This document shows, piece by piece, positions 12,871 through 27,724 of a stretch of 64,000 nt of DNA. The first letter of the stretch is position 1. Each line of letters begins with the position of its first letter. The DNA lies in the NCBI RefSeq assembly GCF_026571515.1, contig NW_026852306.1, positions 124,001 to 188,000 of the forward strand, written 5' to 3'. The notes under the pieces were generated by a model, which worked only from the letters and a program-made list of their open reading frames with translations, was not told where the DNA came from and did no database searches. Origin of the DNA: Ruditapes philippinarum (lineage: Eukaryota). A program made the translations under genes and the position numbers.

Positions 12871-13874
12871 CTGTTATTTAGTTTCCTTCTCATTTGGAAT
12901 GAAATAAAGCGTGTACCTAAATGGCATTGACAAGTAAAGTAAAGGTATCAAAGAAAAAAAGATTGAAAAGACATGGTATATGATCATGCACGCGATCTTA
13001 AAACAATTTAAAACATATACATGTAAAGATATGTTTTTATTTATATCGAATATAAGAATACACTATTTTTATCAGATAAGAGTGAAAGTTTCATTCATAT
13101 GTAACAATTTGAAAGATACAATTTCATCGAAGGACTTGTCCGTCATTCAACCTCGACACAATCATTCATCATTGTAAGGAAAATGTCAAAATATGGACTA
13201 CTGAATAGGTAGATCAGTCGCGAGTTATTGAGGTGCTGGGCGATCTTGATTTGCATTAGTCGCATAGGTATAATCAGTTGCTTTAGCAGGCTAAGGGTTG
13301 AATAGCTCTGTGTCAGTCTGTGCTTTTAGAGGACAATATACACATATTATGTCATATACAAATGTATCTGAAGATATGTGCTCTGTTTTCATTATTTAAT
13401 CAACTAATTACGAATATGGACTCATTACTTGATGAATGAAATCAGACATTTTTCTTCATGTACCAAATAAAAGATAGTGTGAGAGTTAGTACAAATAAAG
13501 AGATTTCAGGTTATCTCAAGTAGTCACTTTACGAGCAATAGATCTTCCTGCATAAGTTATGAACATAGACTTTTATTGCTTTATTGTTTCTGCATTAATT
13601 ATGCAATACATGTATTTTTTTTGTTATATCTGCATGATAGTATATATAATTGTTAAATATAGATATAAAAAAGATTTTTCATTATTTTTTCATATTTTGA
13701 AAAGAAAATATCTTAAGGCCTGCGATTTTGAGAGATATTCATGATATGAAAACTACTAGTGATTTGTATGCCAATAAAAACCATAGTGTATTTATCATTA
13801 CATGTATATTCAAATGACATTATTCATATCACTCAGATAATATGTTGAGCCTTTTATTATTACTATAATAAAAA

Positions 13875-13950
13875 TCTGGAAACAAAGTGATCCCTCGGAA
13901 GCATTAATCACAACAAAATTACAAGAGCATTGCAAACTCAGTTTGATTGA
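13875..13950. ncRNA. Truncated copy H of the structured element (same orientation as E)
   Basis: atctgga..gtgatccctcggaa matches 1884-1910, and ttgcaaactcagtttgattga matches the reverse complement of 18668-18687. Cut off by the 45-bp array. Confidence 0.45.
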
Positions 13951-13951
13951 A

Positions 13952-15290
13952 TAAAGGTAATGTATTTTAACAAGACATTACTTCTATTTTCACAGTGCTT
14001 TACAAGACATTGTTCTTTTAACCAAGGTATTATCATTTCTACATGACATTACTTCTATTGTCAAGTTGCATTACATAAAATTGTTCCTTTTACAAGACAT
14101 TACTTCTGCTATCAAGGTAACTTTTCCTCTTTTCCTTTTTGCATGTCATTACTGTTTTGAATTTCTATTTAAATGATCAAATGATTAAGGAGATATCATT
14201 TTTTACATTGCACTACTTCTGTTATCAAGGTTCTATTCTTTCTATTATAGGACACTATTTCTGTTATCGAGGTAATATTCTGTATTCTGCATGACGCTTT
14301 TTTCTGTTTCAAAACTAATATTCGTTTTCAAAACGACATCTTTCCATTATTAAGATGATATCCTTTCTGCTGGATATTTTTCTATAATCAAAACATTATT
14401 TTTTCTATTATCAACACAATGTCTTGAGCATAAATTATTTTATCAAGATAATATCCCGCATTTTACATGACATTATTGTCAAGGTGATATCACATATTTT
14501 ACTTTACATTATTACCAAGATAATATCCTGTTTAATCCTGTAGTGAAGCTGTTAAAGTCAATATCAAATCAGCGTGATTGCTTTTATAACTTCACGACAA
14601 ATACGAAACACTAGAGACTTTGTTCTGGCAAATTGTATGATAGCTATTATCTGCTGTGAACACATGGATACCTGTTGTAATATCATTTACAAATAAATTC
14701 GAAGTGAATTAATTTTTTGATGTGAAGTGTTGATAATACAGCACTAAAATATGAAATATATTCATATCTGATTAAGCATTTCGAAAGTTTAAGGTCGTTT
14801 GGTAAATGTGTAATGAAATTCTAATAAATGAGGCAATCAAAACTGTGCATTCAGCAACTGCAGCGGAAGTGGTGATAGGGGAAGGACTGGCTAAGTAAAA
14901 TCAAGGAGTGGATTGTATCGGAACTAATTCATGTAGGAAAGTCATACTATCATGAGGTAAAAAGGAAGTTCCAGACACATGCTAGACAGATAAATTCTAA
15001 AATGTAGAGACTTACTTACGGCTTACATACCACTTGTATCATTCATGTTTAAAGACTTGAAAAAAAAAACGATTTATGTCTGCACAATGTAAGTAATGCT
15101 CAATTTGTATAAGTCTTTGCTGACATATATGATTTCCATAGGTCTGATGTCGTAACGGTGCGGGGTTTATCTTTGAAATTAAAGCTATTCATTTCTGTTG
15201 CTTGATGTCGATTACATGTCCGTTTATGGATAAATTAAAATGCTACTCTTATTTTATGAATTGCACAATTTGTACAAAGGGTTAAACGTT
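13952..15290. repeat. Older tandem paralog of 60-1345
   Basis: Colinear but more diverged copy immediately preceding the closer copy that starts at about 15300. Confidence 0.85.
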
Positions 15291-16250
15291 AAAAAGCTAT
15301 AATATTCGTTTTCAAAAATACACTTTTTCTATTATTAAGGTGTTATCTTTCTTGCTGGATTTTTTTCTATAATGAAGACATTATTTTTTTTATTATCAAG
15401 ACAATTTCCTGAGCATACGAAAATTATTTTATCAAGATAATATCCCGTATTTTACATGACATTATTGTCAAAGTAATATCCTATATTTTACTTTACATAA
15501 TTACCAAGATAATATCCTGTTTAATCCTGTAGTGAAGCTGATAAAGTCAATATCAAATCAGCGTGATTGCTTTGATAACTCTACGACAAATACGAAACAC
15601 TAGAGATTTTGTTCTGGCAAAATTGTTATGATAGCGATTCTCTGCTGTGAACACATGGATACCTGTTGCAATATCATTTACAAATGAATTCGTAGTGAGT
15701 TAATGTTATCTAATTAAGTGTTTATAATGAAACACTTAAATATTAAATATAATATCAAATATATACATATCTTAGCACTCTTAAAATTTTAATGTCTTGT
15801 TTGTTAAAGTTCTAATGAAATACTTATAAATGAGACTAATGTAGAAAAAAATCAAAACCGTGTTTAGCAACTGCAGCGGAAGTGGTGATATGGGAAGGAC
15901 TGGCGTAGTAAAATCAAGGGAAGTAATTAATGTAGGAAAGTTTCAATATCATGAAGCTGTTTGGGAAAAAGAAGTTGCAAACACTTGAATGAGAGATAAA
16001 TTCTATAATGTAGGGACTTACTTACGGCTAAAAAATTTTCAAGAGGGCTAAAACTTCAAAACTATTTACGGAATTCGATATGAATGATTTGAATAGACTG
16101 CTTTTATAGCAAAAATTATTGTTCTTTCTTAGGTTAGAGAAGAAAGCACTGTTTTTTTTTCTGCATGTTACCATTTAAGAATTATTTTTGTTTTATAAGT
16201 CATACTATTTCAATAATAATTTTTATTTTTCTAATTGTTTCCTTGTTGAT

Positions 16251-16297
<47 letters not shown>

Positions 16298-18407
16298 TTG
16301 TTGTTTTTGTTGTTCTTTTACTCTGATTTTAACACATTTGTTGGTCATATTTCGACCGTCAATCAAACATATATTGTACTAGTATAACTTGCCTAAGGAC
16401 AAAACAAAAGAATATCTGATTGCTAATCCGGTGCTATGCCTATTGAGCGTCGGGATCAGCAAAGCTGATAAAATATTTTGAATTTCTGAGATTTATTTTA
16501 ATGAATCTGACCATGAGAGATAATGTAAAGTGTTACATCTTTCACACCATTCAGCATCGGCCTATAGTAATTTATTACATTTGTTTATCAATCTAATAAA
16601 GTTACTTTTTGGGTCGCTGCGCTTGCGCAGAGCGACCCAAAGTTATAAGCTACATCTGAAGCTTACTGCGAACCGAATTTCGGCTGAAAATATACATGCA
16701 CGTAGTAAATAGTTCCGTATGGTCGGTAACAAAGTTAGAAAATCCGTACCTTCATTCATTACAGGAGGGTTATCAATACATTTTGAAATGTATCATGATG
16801 TCGAAAATTACAGTAAATTTGTGCTGTGTACAGAAATAAATATCAATGGGCGCGATTGAATTCACGTGACAGGTCATTGAGGTCAGCCATGTTGATTCGA
16901 CTTTCGTCAGTACGTTAATTGATACAGACATCCAGGTATATTTTGAAGAAATTGTAAGTTCTTTAGTAAAATTTTGTCAGTTTCCTCGATTAAAGAGGAA
17001 AGACTTTATGAAACTGAGCCCCCGTGTGATCAATTTTTTGAAAGATTTTGTTTGTAACAGGGTAACGATTCGTCACCGTGACGATTCGTCTCAATTTTAA
17101 AGTGACGATTCGCCCCCACCTAAAATTAACATTTTTAAAATTCATTTGGACTGAAAAATATTTATGTTTTAGCTTTTTTGCATTTGTTTGGTATTCCTTT
17201 CTATTTAATAGATAACAGATAAAGGTTTAACGAACTAACTGTATAGTAAAAATTTTTATAAATTAATCTGGATTCTTAATCTTATTTGTATATTATTCAT
17301 ATTTAATAATTAATAATAAATAAACTAGGTAATAGATTGATGTTTATAGATAAGTATCATACAGTAATATTGTTTTTATTTACTCAATCATAGATATTCG
17401 TTTTCTACAGCAGATTGTCATACATTGTATTTTCTATTGTTCTATTAATCTGATAAAATAAAAGAAATTTAGACAATTGCAAGAGAAAAAGTGAAAGGTG
17501 TAATATAATCTGGATTTTAAGGGGGTGCAGGGGAGTACTATGGAGTTGTAAGTGGGGCAGGAAATCTGGTTGAAGTGGGTTTTGGTTTTATTCTAAACCA
17601 ATGGCCCCGCTGTGGTTAGAAAAAAAATTGAGTTCGAAAGGGTTTTTACCCATTTTAAAAAACTTTTTTTTTTCATACTGTAAACCCCTCCAATATTACT
17701 CTGTCCTTCCGAAAATTAAAAATTAAATTTCCCCAAAAAATTCTATGAAACTATTGACCATGGATTTTAGCAAAGGGATTATTAAAGGCAGATTGGGGTA
17801 ACCAAAAAATTTTTGTTTTTGTTTACAATCAAAATCAAAAGGAAAATGAATCCCTTTAAGAAACCCAAAATACACAAAATTTAAAATGTTGCAGGCTTTT
17901 TTTGTTTGAGGATAAACGTACGGGAAAATGCAAATTACTGTCCTCACCCCCCAAGCACATACTGGCCCTTTAAAACCAAAAATTGGCCATAATATGCCCC
18001 CAGAAATGATTTTAAAAATTTATTTTTCAAAAGCCTGTTATTTTTGGTGGCCAGTGGGATAACTTCTAAAAATATACTAAATGGCAATTATCTGAACCAA
18101 CTTTTGACTCAGCTGTTGCTTTTTAGCAATCAGTATAGTTAAAGTGATTTAGTATTTTGTATGGAAGTCAAAAAACTACTTTGTTTTACATGCAAACAGT
18201 AAGGCCTTACATGTTGTAAGTCTGTCCTAGAGGAGGTGTCTGATTATTCTTTAAGGGCTTTGGTTCTCACACTGACACTGAGTTCAAATACTTTTGCCAA
18301 ATTCAGTTTTTATAGTCTAATTATTGAAACAATCTAAACCAAAGTTTTGAAAAACAAAGAAAAAAATTAATACACAGAATCTTGATGAACAGTATCCTGT
18401 TTGCTTC

Positions 18408-18690
18408 AGTTCCCCCATTCTTTTTTTCATTAAGGGAACGCACTTGTATTCTTTGGGAATCAAATTACGCCACTTTTTCATGGAATGGCACTAACATGTC
18501 ACATTGGAGGTTCCATGATCACTGCCATAAAAATCAAAACCTGCTAATGTTTCTAATTTCAAAATTTAACCATTACAATGTTTAAATTGTTGAATTACTG
18601 CTTAACCTGGTGCTATTGGGTGTGAACAGGCAGCATGCACTTTCCAGTTTCTATCCATGAACTGGCTCAATCAAACTGAGTCTGCAAGGC
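18408..18690. ncRNA. Conserved structured element, full-length copy B
   Basis: Aligns with 36075-36345 throughout, including TCATGGAA..TTCCATGA and the core at 18598-18687. Confidence 0.6.
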
Positions 18691-18791
18691 ATTTTTCAAT
18701 ATTGCTAATTTGGACTTTCCTTTTAGAAATTACTGTTTACTCTTTATGTAGCATAATTACCTAGTGTATTAAGCTTTAAATGAACAAATAA

Positions 18792-19986
18792 AGAGACCAC
18801 TAAGGACAAACACATATGGCAACAGCTGGATTTTTAATTTATTTTTGCTCAAGCATTGTCACTGCAGTAAAGTATTTCCCCTGTATTTAAAGAAAGATTT
18901 TCTACAACTTTAATTTTTTTTGAAAATAATTTCCCGACCAGAATTTTTTCCCCAAAAAAACAATTTCGTGGTTCCCCTTTTTGCTCTAGCTAGTGATACA
19001 AAACGGAATTTTAAATTAACTATTATTTATAAAAACTTTAAATTTTCCCTATATTTTGGGAAATTTTCAAAAAATTGAAAAAATTTGTTATTAGAAAAAA
19101 AATTATAATTAAAAATTAAAAGGGGTTTGACGATTAATTTTACAAAAAAAATCATTTTTTTTATAAAAAATGAATATATTTAACTGAAAGGAAAAAATGG
19201 GCCCTTACTTGCTTTTGATTGGTTCCCAAATTTGGGTGCAAATTGGGCCGTTTTTAAGGGTTTATACATGTACATGATGTAGCTGATTTGGACTATATAA
19301 GCCCAAATGATTAAATTTAGATAACTATAAGTTTGGGGAATGCTTTATTGTTGATATGAAAATCATATAAATGTTAAATAAGAAATGCAATTTATTTCAG
19401 GTGTGTGACATAACAAACTGTTGTGTGAGGTTTTTAATTTGACATGGTCAAAGACATACTATGATAGTATTGTTCAGTGTAAGTTCTCTTTAAATGTTTG
19501 TTTTATAATAAAACCCACATTTATTTTATTGAGCTACTGGAAAATTTTTTGAAAAACACATATTTTGATTTAGTAGTCAAAATTAAAAACAACATTACCT
19601 CATGGAAGTATTTTCCCGTACAAAAGCAGTATACCAGCTTTTTTTGCAATAAATGCTGTTGTTTTTCCTTGTGTCCAGAATGATATGCCACATACTGTTA
19701 AGTCAAATATATTTAGAAATACATTGAAAATTGTATATTTGCTGCTATTCTTATTCTATTCTTCCCGATACATGTATGAATTTCAAAAGCTTGGCAACAA
19801 CTGTTCATTTTATGACATTTTCACTGTTCAAGTAAATCATTCTGGGGAAAACAGAGCGAGTGCATGATCTGAAATATTTTGCCAAATAGTTTTTTGCCCT
19901 GAGATCTACATCAAATAGAATATCATATAATTTATTCTTGAAAATTATTTCAATCCCGTCATGTCAAAAGCCTCAGTGGAGTCCCT
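18792..19986. mobile_element. Possible nested Kolobok-like non-autonomous element
   Basis: Imperfect TIRs AGAGACCACTAAGG / CCTCAGTGGAGTCCCT with ATAA and TTAA flanks. Confidence 0.35.
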
Positions 19987-22900
19987 TTAAGTTTCATATA
20001 AGACATTGACCTTGAAATGACTGCACCATCATTCAAGGTCAAATACTGAATTTAACTTATTGTCCATATCATTAAATTTTATTTGTTTTGTGTTCGCATA
20101 TATATTTATAAGAAGAATTCCTTGAAAATATTTTACCTCATTTTGAACTGTTTAAAAGTCATAAATTTTAACAAAATTTTAAAAAACCCTTTAGGGGGCC
20201 ATTTAAAAAAGGATAAGATAGAGTCTAAATTTTCAAAATTTTTGGGTTTTTCTTTGGTTTTCAGGAAAAAACAGTTTCTTTTTTTATTTATTATATTGAA
20301 AAAATTTTAAATTTTGTCAATTTTTGTTAACTAAATTGGGGAAAAATACATTTTTAAAATTTTTCCCGTTCTTTGGGAAAATTTCTATAAAAAGAGTAAG
20401 GGAAAGAAATCCGGTAAAAAAATATTTGAAAAACTTAAAAACACATATAAAGTTTAGGGGATTTTTTAATTTTTTTAATTCTTTGAAAGGTAAACATGTG
20501 TTTAATAATGTTTTTAAAGATTATTTAAAAATTTTTAAAAATTTTAAATTTTAAAAACTAAAAAAGTAACACGAAAAAAAACATAATTAATGTGTTTTAA
20601 AAGGGAGCAAAAAATTGGGGCAGTATTTTTTTAAAATTTCCCTTTCAAAAAAACTAAATTAAAAGTTTTATAAACCCCGTTTCCCGATAAAATTTTTTCT
20701 ACGTCATGGGCAAAGGTACATTTAATATTTGAGGGAATGCCCCAAAAAAGATATTTAAAAGGAAATTTTAAAAAATAAATTTTTTTTCTTTTTTAAAAGG
20801 TTAAAGGACCTTTAAATTTTTTTTTTTAAATAATTTAAAAACAGATAACATATGTGCAAAAAATTGTGGTTTAAAAATAATAAAATTTCTTTTAATCTGA
20901 TTCTTGAAAATCTTTAATTTTAAGACCCTTAAATTTTGTTTTGCTTTTTTGATTTTTCGCATGTTCTTGGGTTTTATTAAAAAGTTTTGGTACAAAAAAA
21001 GGTTTTAAAAAAAGTTTTATACATGTAACAGGACAAAAGCTCAAACCCCGCAGTTTTTATAGCAAAAATTTATGAAAATTTTAGCAGAAATCTTATGATG
21101 ATGATTTTGGGGAAAAATCCTAGTTAAGATTTTTTGCCAAATTTTCTTTTTAAGGAAGGGGGTTTTTGTGCAAAAAAAAAAAATTTTGCAGGTTAGTCAT
21201 TTTTTCAAAATTAAATTTAAAGGGATTTTGATTGCATTCAATAAAGGTCTTTTAAAATTTATAAGTTTTAAGGGAGTTTTCTTTTTGGTAAAATACCCTT
21301 TAAGGTTTAAAAACAGTAAAAACTTTTAAACCCTGTTATGTTAAAAAAGTTTATGGTTCATTTTTGAGTCCCCGGGTTTTGTGACAATAAAACATGTTTT
21401 TCTATTAGATTATGTGGGGAAAAAAAATAAAAAAGAATTTTACAGTTTTTGGGTTTTTTTAAATTTTTTAACTTTTCACCCCAAGTTTTTGTACTGGGTT
21501 TTTCCTTTTTAATTTTTACGATATCATTTCAACCCCTTTTCTAATTCAAAATCCCTGACAAAAAAATTAAAAATTTGAATTCCCTTTTCCCGATTACATT
21601 AAATTTATTGTAACCCATTTAAACATAAACAAAAAATATATATTTTTTGAAACATGTTTACAGAAAATTAAAAATTTAAAAAGGGATGCTCTATTTAAAA
21701 GATCCATTTTAAAGTTTAAAATTTTTAATTTTTTTCTAAAACAATAAAATTACCCCTTTCGTAAATTTTGTATTAAAACTTTTGGGTGTTTTAATTTTTT
21801 TTAAATAAACCTTGCTCCCACTTTGCAGTAAAATTGCCCCTCTGTTTTAAAATTTAAGCGGTCTGAAATACCCAGTAGACAAATTTTTATTTTGTAACAA
21901 CTTAAATTTAATGAAACTTACTATTGAAGGGGTTTTTTTCTTTATTCAAAAGGGAAAATTTAGCTACAGAAAACCCCAATTTGGAATTTGTCCACTTTAA
22001 AATTTTTCTTTTAAAATTTTATAAAAACATAAAAACCAAAAAAACGATAATAATTAAAATTTTTGAAAAAAAAAACAAAAAAAAAAACCACCTTGTTTGC
22101 TTCCCGTTAGAAATTGGGGTTTCCATTTTTGGGAAAACCAAATTTAAATTTAAAAAAATATTTTCCCGCATTTTTTAAAAATAATTGACAATATTTTTTT
22201 GTTTTTTACAGCATTTTTTAAATTTTTTTTAGTTTTAATATCCCACCAGGGTTTTTTTTTTTGTGACCGAAAACACATTTTTCCCTAGTGGTGTAAGCAA
22301 ATTGAAAAATCATTTCAAAAATTAAAAAAAAATTTTAGAAAAATATGTCTTCCCATTTACTGGTTTTTTTAAATATGGAGCACATTTTCTTTATTAGGGA
22401 AATATTTTCATGGCCCAAAAAACAAATTTTGCCCAAAGGGGAAATATATTTTTTTCAAAAATTTTTATCAGTTTTGGGGGGAACATAAAAATTAAGAACT
22501 GGGAAACCCCCTTTAACGTTGACAACTAAAAACCCTAGTTTCAACCCCAAAAAAATTGGGCAATTTTAATAATTTTAAAATTTTGGGTTTTAAATTTTTT
22601 TTCATTTTTTTTTAAAAATTTTTTTTTTCAAATAAAACCCTTTTTTGTTAATTTTTGGGTAATATAAATGACAAAAAAAAAAATTGTGGGCTTTGGGGTA
22701 TTGGTGTTTAACAAAAAAACTGCAGAGGTTCCCTAAAAACAATAAAAAAAAGTTTTGCTCATTAATGAACTAATTTACATAAATATATAATTTTTGTAAG
22801 CATGAAGAAATTTGGAACATATCATATAATGGATATTTGTTTTCTTTTGCATTGCAAGATCCAAAATATATTTCATAGAGTGAACAGCAGATTAAATATA

Positions 22901-23588
22901 TTCATGAATGGCATTGAAAAACATATATTAATGTATTAGTATAACTTTGCCACAATGTTGGTAAATGGAGGCTGCTATTTTACTGTGACTGAAAGTAGTT
23001 CAGATATGACGCCTTTTGATGTCCGAGGTTTATAGCCCATCATACAAGCCAAAGAGAAGCAGATTTTTTTCTGTGTAGATTCATTTAATTTTCAATGTTC
23101 ATAATTGAAAGTGATTCGTCATATTTTCCTGAATTTGTTTAATTTCCTTCCTGATTTGCAAATATTAATTATCTACTCTTTATTTTATCACATTTTTTCT
23201 GAGGAAATAAATGTATTTCCCACAAAATTTCTGTTTTTGTTTATAGGCTTTTCATCCTTCATTCAAATAAAGTCTGGCTACTTTTGAAATTATACTTTAT
23301 TGTGAAATAATCTAAAAGTAATGTCATTTTTTTTCTGAAAAGCATGTTATAAGTTATTGTGGTTCAATTGATTTCTGAAGGACAACTTATGAAGGAAATG
23401 AAGTGTGTTGATACTTGCCATGTTAGTATCAAAAGACAGATTTAGTTCAATTTTGGTCACAATAAATTATTTTTGATGCAGTTATGCCCCTTTTTTAGCT
23501 CGACTTTTTCTTTTTAAAAAATAGAGGTATCGTAACAGTCATGTTGGCATTGCCGAGGTTATCCACAAACTTGTATTTTGATCATTAC

Positions 23589-24095
23589 TTTTTAGCTCAC
23601 CTGAGCACAATGCTCATGGTGAACTATTGTGATCCTCCACCATCAGTTGTCGTGGGTCGTCAAAAATTTCTTTAAACAAATCTCCTAAGAAACCAAAGAC
23701 TGCACAGTAACCAAACTTTGCAGGAATGACCCTACAGTAAGTGCCGTTTGCGTACTTTTGTCCAGTGCATCACTTGAAAACTAGTAGTTGGAATTCAATA
23801 CAACTTCATTACAATGGTCAAGCGAATGAGAGAAAAGTGGCAGTGTACAATAACCATTACTTTCCAATCTGCAGTATTTTAATAGAGTTATTTCAATAAA
23901 ACTTCATCAATGGTTCCAACCACATCTGGAAAGGAAATGCAACATACAAGAACCAACAACTTACTATCTTTAAATGCCCACAAACATAACTCTATTTCAA
24001 ATTTCTTTTACAAGGTTATTCTGTTACATCCTATTGTCCAAAGCAGTTTTTTGTGGGGGTATTAATCACAATTTAGTGTACTGTAGTTCTAGTTT
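23589..24095 (+). mobile_element. Degenerate HINE/pearl-like element
   Basis: 5' tttttagctcacctgagcacaatgctcatggtgaactattgtgatc hairpin start, short gtc-type microsatellite, 3' ...ttctagtt. Confidence 0.45.
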
Positions 24096-27000
24096 TAACT
24101 GACCATACCTTGACTTTATGTTTGTGAGAATTTCAATGAATCTCTCTTGGATGAAATCATGTGACATTGATAAGTCATTATATTTCCCAACAAGAAAAAT
24201 TAGTTTTTTTTCCCCTTTTATTTTAAACCTTTATACAAATAAAAAGAAGATTTTTTAACCATTTTTTTTGAGGTTTAACCTTTATAACTTAATATAAAAT
24301 TTATAATAAAATATAACCCAAATTAGCATTTTTTAATCTATTTAAATAGAATTTAAATTAAACAATGTTTGTCCCTTGTTAAAAGAGGACTTGGTTTTCT
24401 TACTACCAGCTCCCGCTTTTGTAGTGATGACTTCTTTAAAATTTTTTTCAAAAAACAAATTTTTTAGGGTTAAAGCATTTGGTTTTTTATTCAACTGAAC
24501 CAAATTGAGAAAAAATACTGGTTTTAGATTTTGAAAAAACCGTGTTTTAAATTGTTCAAAATCAAGATAAATCATCCTAATTTAAATAAATTTGGGAAAT
24601 ATTTCTCTTTCCGTTAAACCAAACATTTTACAAATTTTACAAACATATTTAAAAAATTTCAAAAGGGAATGATTTTTGGGCCCTTTTTAAATATCACCCC
24701 CAATAAAAGTCTATAAATTTTCACGGGCCCAACACCCCTCTTTTAGTTTTTTTTATTTAAAATTTGGTAAAGAACGGAAAAAGGGGATCCCCGGGAAAAC
24801 CAAAAAAATTCACATGAAAATTAAACTCTTTTAACCGGGTAATTTAAAATAAAAAATCAACATACCCCCCAAACCCAAGCACCCATTTAGCGGATTCAAA
24901 TTTTTAACATTAAAATGGGGCGGAAATTTAATTTCCCCAAGGACCCCCAAAAAAAAAAAATGAATTTTAATATTTGGGACTCAAGATCTTTCTTTTGTTA
25001 CCTTTTTGGTATTTACAGATCAGATCTAGCATCTATGTACGAATTGTTATTTTTACTAAATGCATTACTTGTGGACCATATTTGAAACTTTGTGACACCA
25101 GATGGCAACCTTCAATTTAATATAACGGCTGTTCATTTGTAAATTATAATTTATGATGGATTGTTCAAAGAGCAATGCAATAGTATTATGCTTTCCCTGG
25201 CAGGTGTGATTTATTATTGACTAGGATAAAAAAGACAAAAAACAAACACATTACATATTGTTTGAAACCATTTTCAGCACGTCTGCTCTATCAAATATAC
25301 ATAAATTACCTGTTCGGTTTTATTATTGTCAATAAATTTGAGATTTGCAGATTATACTTTCAGGTAAATATCTAGATAATGTTATCTTACATTTCTCGTT
25401 GATTGATCAAACTCTTATGTTAATATGATACCTCATATGTTACATTTGTTTTAAGTTCAGCAAGCACAAGTATTGTCTTTAATAAACCAGCATTTCTGTT
25501 GGATATTACAAGAAAAAATCATATAAATTATTAAGTTTAATATATAGATTTTATATTTCACCCAACATTGCCTTATTTCTGTTTGATTGAGCCAAATACT
25601 ATACGCTTATGATAACATATTATATTGGTTAGTCAAATTTATATCTAAATTTGAGACAGCAGAATTCTTAACAATTTTATATTGGTCAGTCAAATTTATA
25701 TTTAAGCTTATGATAACATATAAACATTTTATATTGGTCAGTCAAATTTATATTTTAGCTTATGATAACATATAAACTCTTTATATTGGTCAGTCAAATT
25801 TATATTTCAGCTTAAGATAACATGTTAAGTGTTTCAAATTTATATTGGTCAGTCAAATTTGTATTTAAGCTTCTGATAACATAAACGTTTTTATATTCAT
25901 GTGGTCAGTCAAACTTATATTTAAGCGTATTGTAACATTCGCTTATCAGTCATATTTATCTTTGATAAAGCAACACAGCTACGAGAGATAAGGCAGTTTG
26001 CAGTATGCAAATTTTGAAACGGGTCGAAGATAAATCACCCGTTTATCGTCTTATAAATTCGTTTTGACTTTAGTTTCAAGTAACGTTAAAGCGGCTTTCA
26101 GCTTTTCATAATTTAATTTGTTATGTTTAGATAAATCGTTTCATATAATTCTCAAATCAAAACAATTAAGGCGTTAAAAATGAAATTTGCCGACTATTAA
26201 ATACATAAGCAATAAGGAAACCCCTCGGAACCCCTTATCTACAGGTCCGCTCACTATATTTAAATTAGTAATTCGTTTCCCCGATCTTCTATGTTTAGAA
26301 ACGAACATCACTGTCGCATTATAAGTGGGTCTCGGGATGTTGTTTTGAAGAAGGCTTAACAGTGATATAATGCACTTTTCTTAGATAATTCTAAGATAAA
26401 ATTCCTGAATGATTTTGTTTAAAGCAAAACAGAATTGCTTTTCCGACAAAAAAGCTGAAGGTCGCTTTAAAGATTTGAAATGAGTTAATTTATGTAAACT
26501 AATTCTTTGCTTCAAATTAACAAAACATGTCTTTTACTCTAACAGTACATTCAAATTGTTAATCACAGACACACGTCTAAAATTTATGACAGTAATTTGA
26601 AATTCTCTCTGAGCCGCCCACTTGTCTTTCTTTCTTGGAACCAACAGCGATATGATACTTCATTTGACAATCATGCTTTTAGAAATATTCATATTTCGAA
26701 TCCGTTTTTAAATGCTTGCAAGCAAGACAAATCTGTCATTCTTACATTTTTATTTTATATGTAGCAGCTGTAAGACTTTGTAGAATACGTGTTAGATAAC
26801 AGGCGTTTGCAAAATCAATCCAATTTAGATATCTGTAACATGGCTTTTATTCATCTTTCGTTTATTTATTTTTTTTGTTATAGAATCTTATTGGCATATG
26901 TATAGAAAAAGTTGTATAAAGAGAAAATATGTGTTTCTAAATCTATTTTATTTTTCACACGGTCATGCTGCATGTTGATGTACTTAGAAAAATACGCAAC

Positions 27001-27724
27001 ATTTAAAAGAGAATATTTAATTGCTTTGAATCTTGAAAAAATATTTAAGTGCCCAAGATACTAACTGCAATCAAAAGTTTATAGCGTTGTTTAGAAACTG
27101 ACAACACAGCCCATGTTTTGCCGTGAACGATGTTGATAGGTTGTGACGCAATGCATGTTTCCTCTTTTCCGTGCCGTCTCCTACAACATTTACATAATGA
27201 CTAAAAAGAATTGGTTTATAGAAAAACAGAGAGACACGAAATAGCAGATATAATATTTGCATAGATGTAACAGTTTTCTTAAGAATAAACGTCTTGCATA
27301 ACTAGCAGATTTTGTAAAGAATAAAAAGAACATGTTGAAAAATAATATGTCTTCTTGAAGAAAATTCTAGAAGATTAGACCATGATTGCACATCATCTCA
27401 AATACGGGCATCTTCCCATATTAATTATATGGCAATACTCGTACATAGACTAGTAATTTGTTCTTGACGTTATGTCCACAACAAGAAACAAGAAAATCAA
27501 TAGTACTAGATGCGACGAAGGAAGCAGATCTTAAAGTATATATATATAATGAAATAATAAACCGTAAATTAATTTCAGTTATATTCAATTGAAGGTTGCA
27601 TTCTAGTGTAAAACAGTTTCAAATATGCTTCACAAGTGATGCGTTTGGTAATTATTACAATTAGTAAATGGATGCTGGGTTTGGTCTTATAATACAGAAA
27701 GGGCTACAAGACAAAGCTTCAGAA

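Larger units (their letters stand above)
16607..24748 (+). mobile_element. Large (~8.1 kb) Helitron/Helentron-type composite insertion
   Basis: Interrupts the T-run of gttact/ttattct (empty site at about 1860-1870) with no TSD. Begins with hairpin TTTGGGTCGCT..AGCGACCCAAA (16608-16641) and ends ...ctcttttagtt. No Rep/helicase ORF is visible. Confidence 0.65.

Noticed and set aside
18425-18482. SECIS-like ATGA..AA..GA on the minus strand
   Set aside because: AA-to-GA spacing is too long, helix II is poor, and the apical AA is missing in copy A.
20083-24575. K/F/N-rich ORFs
   Set aside because: Products of homopolymer-rich, probably erroneous sequence.
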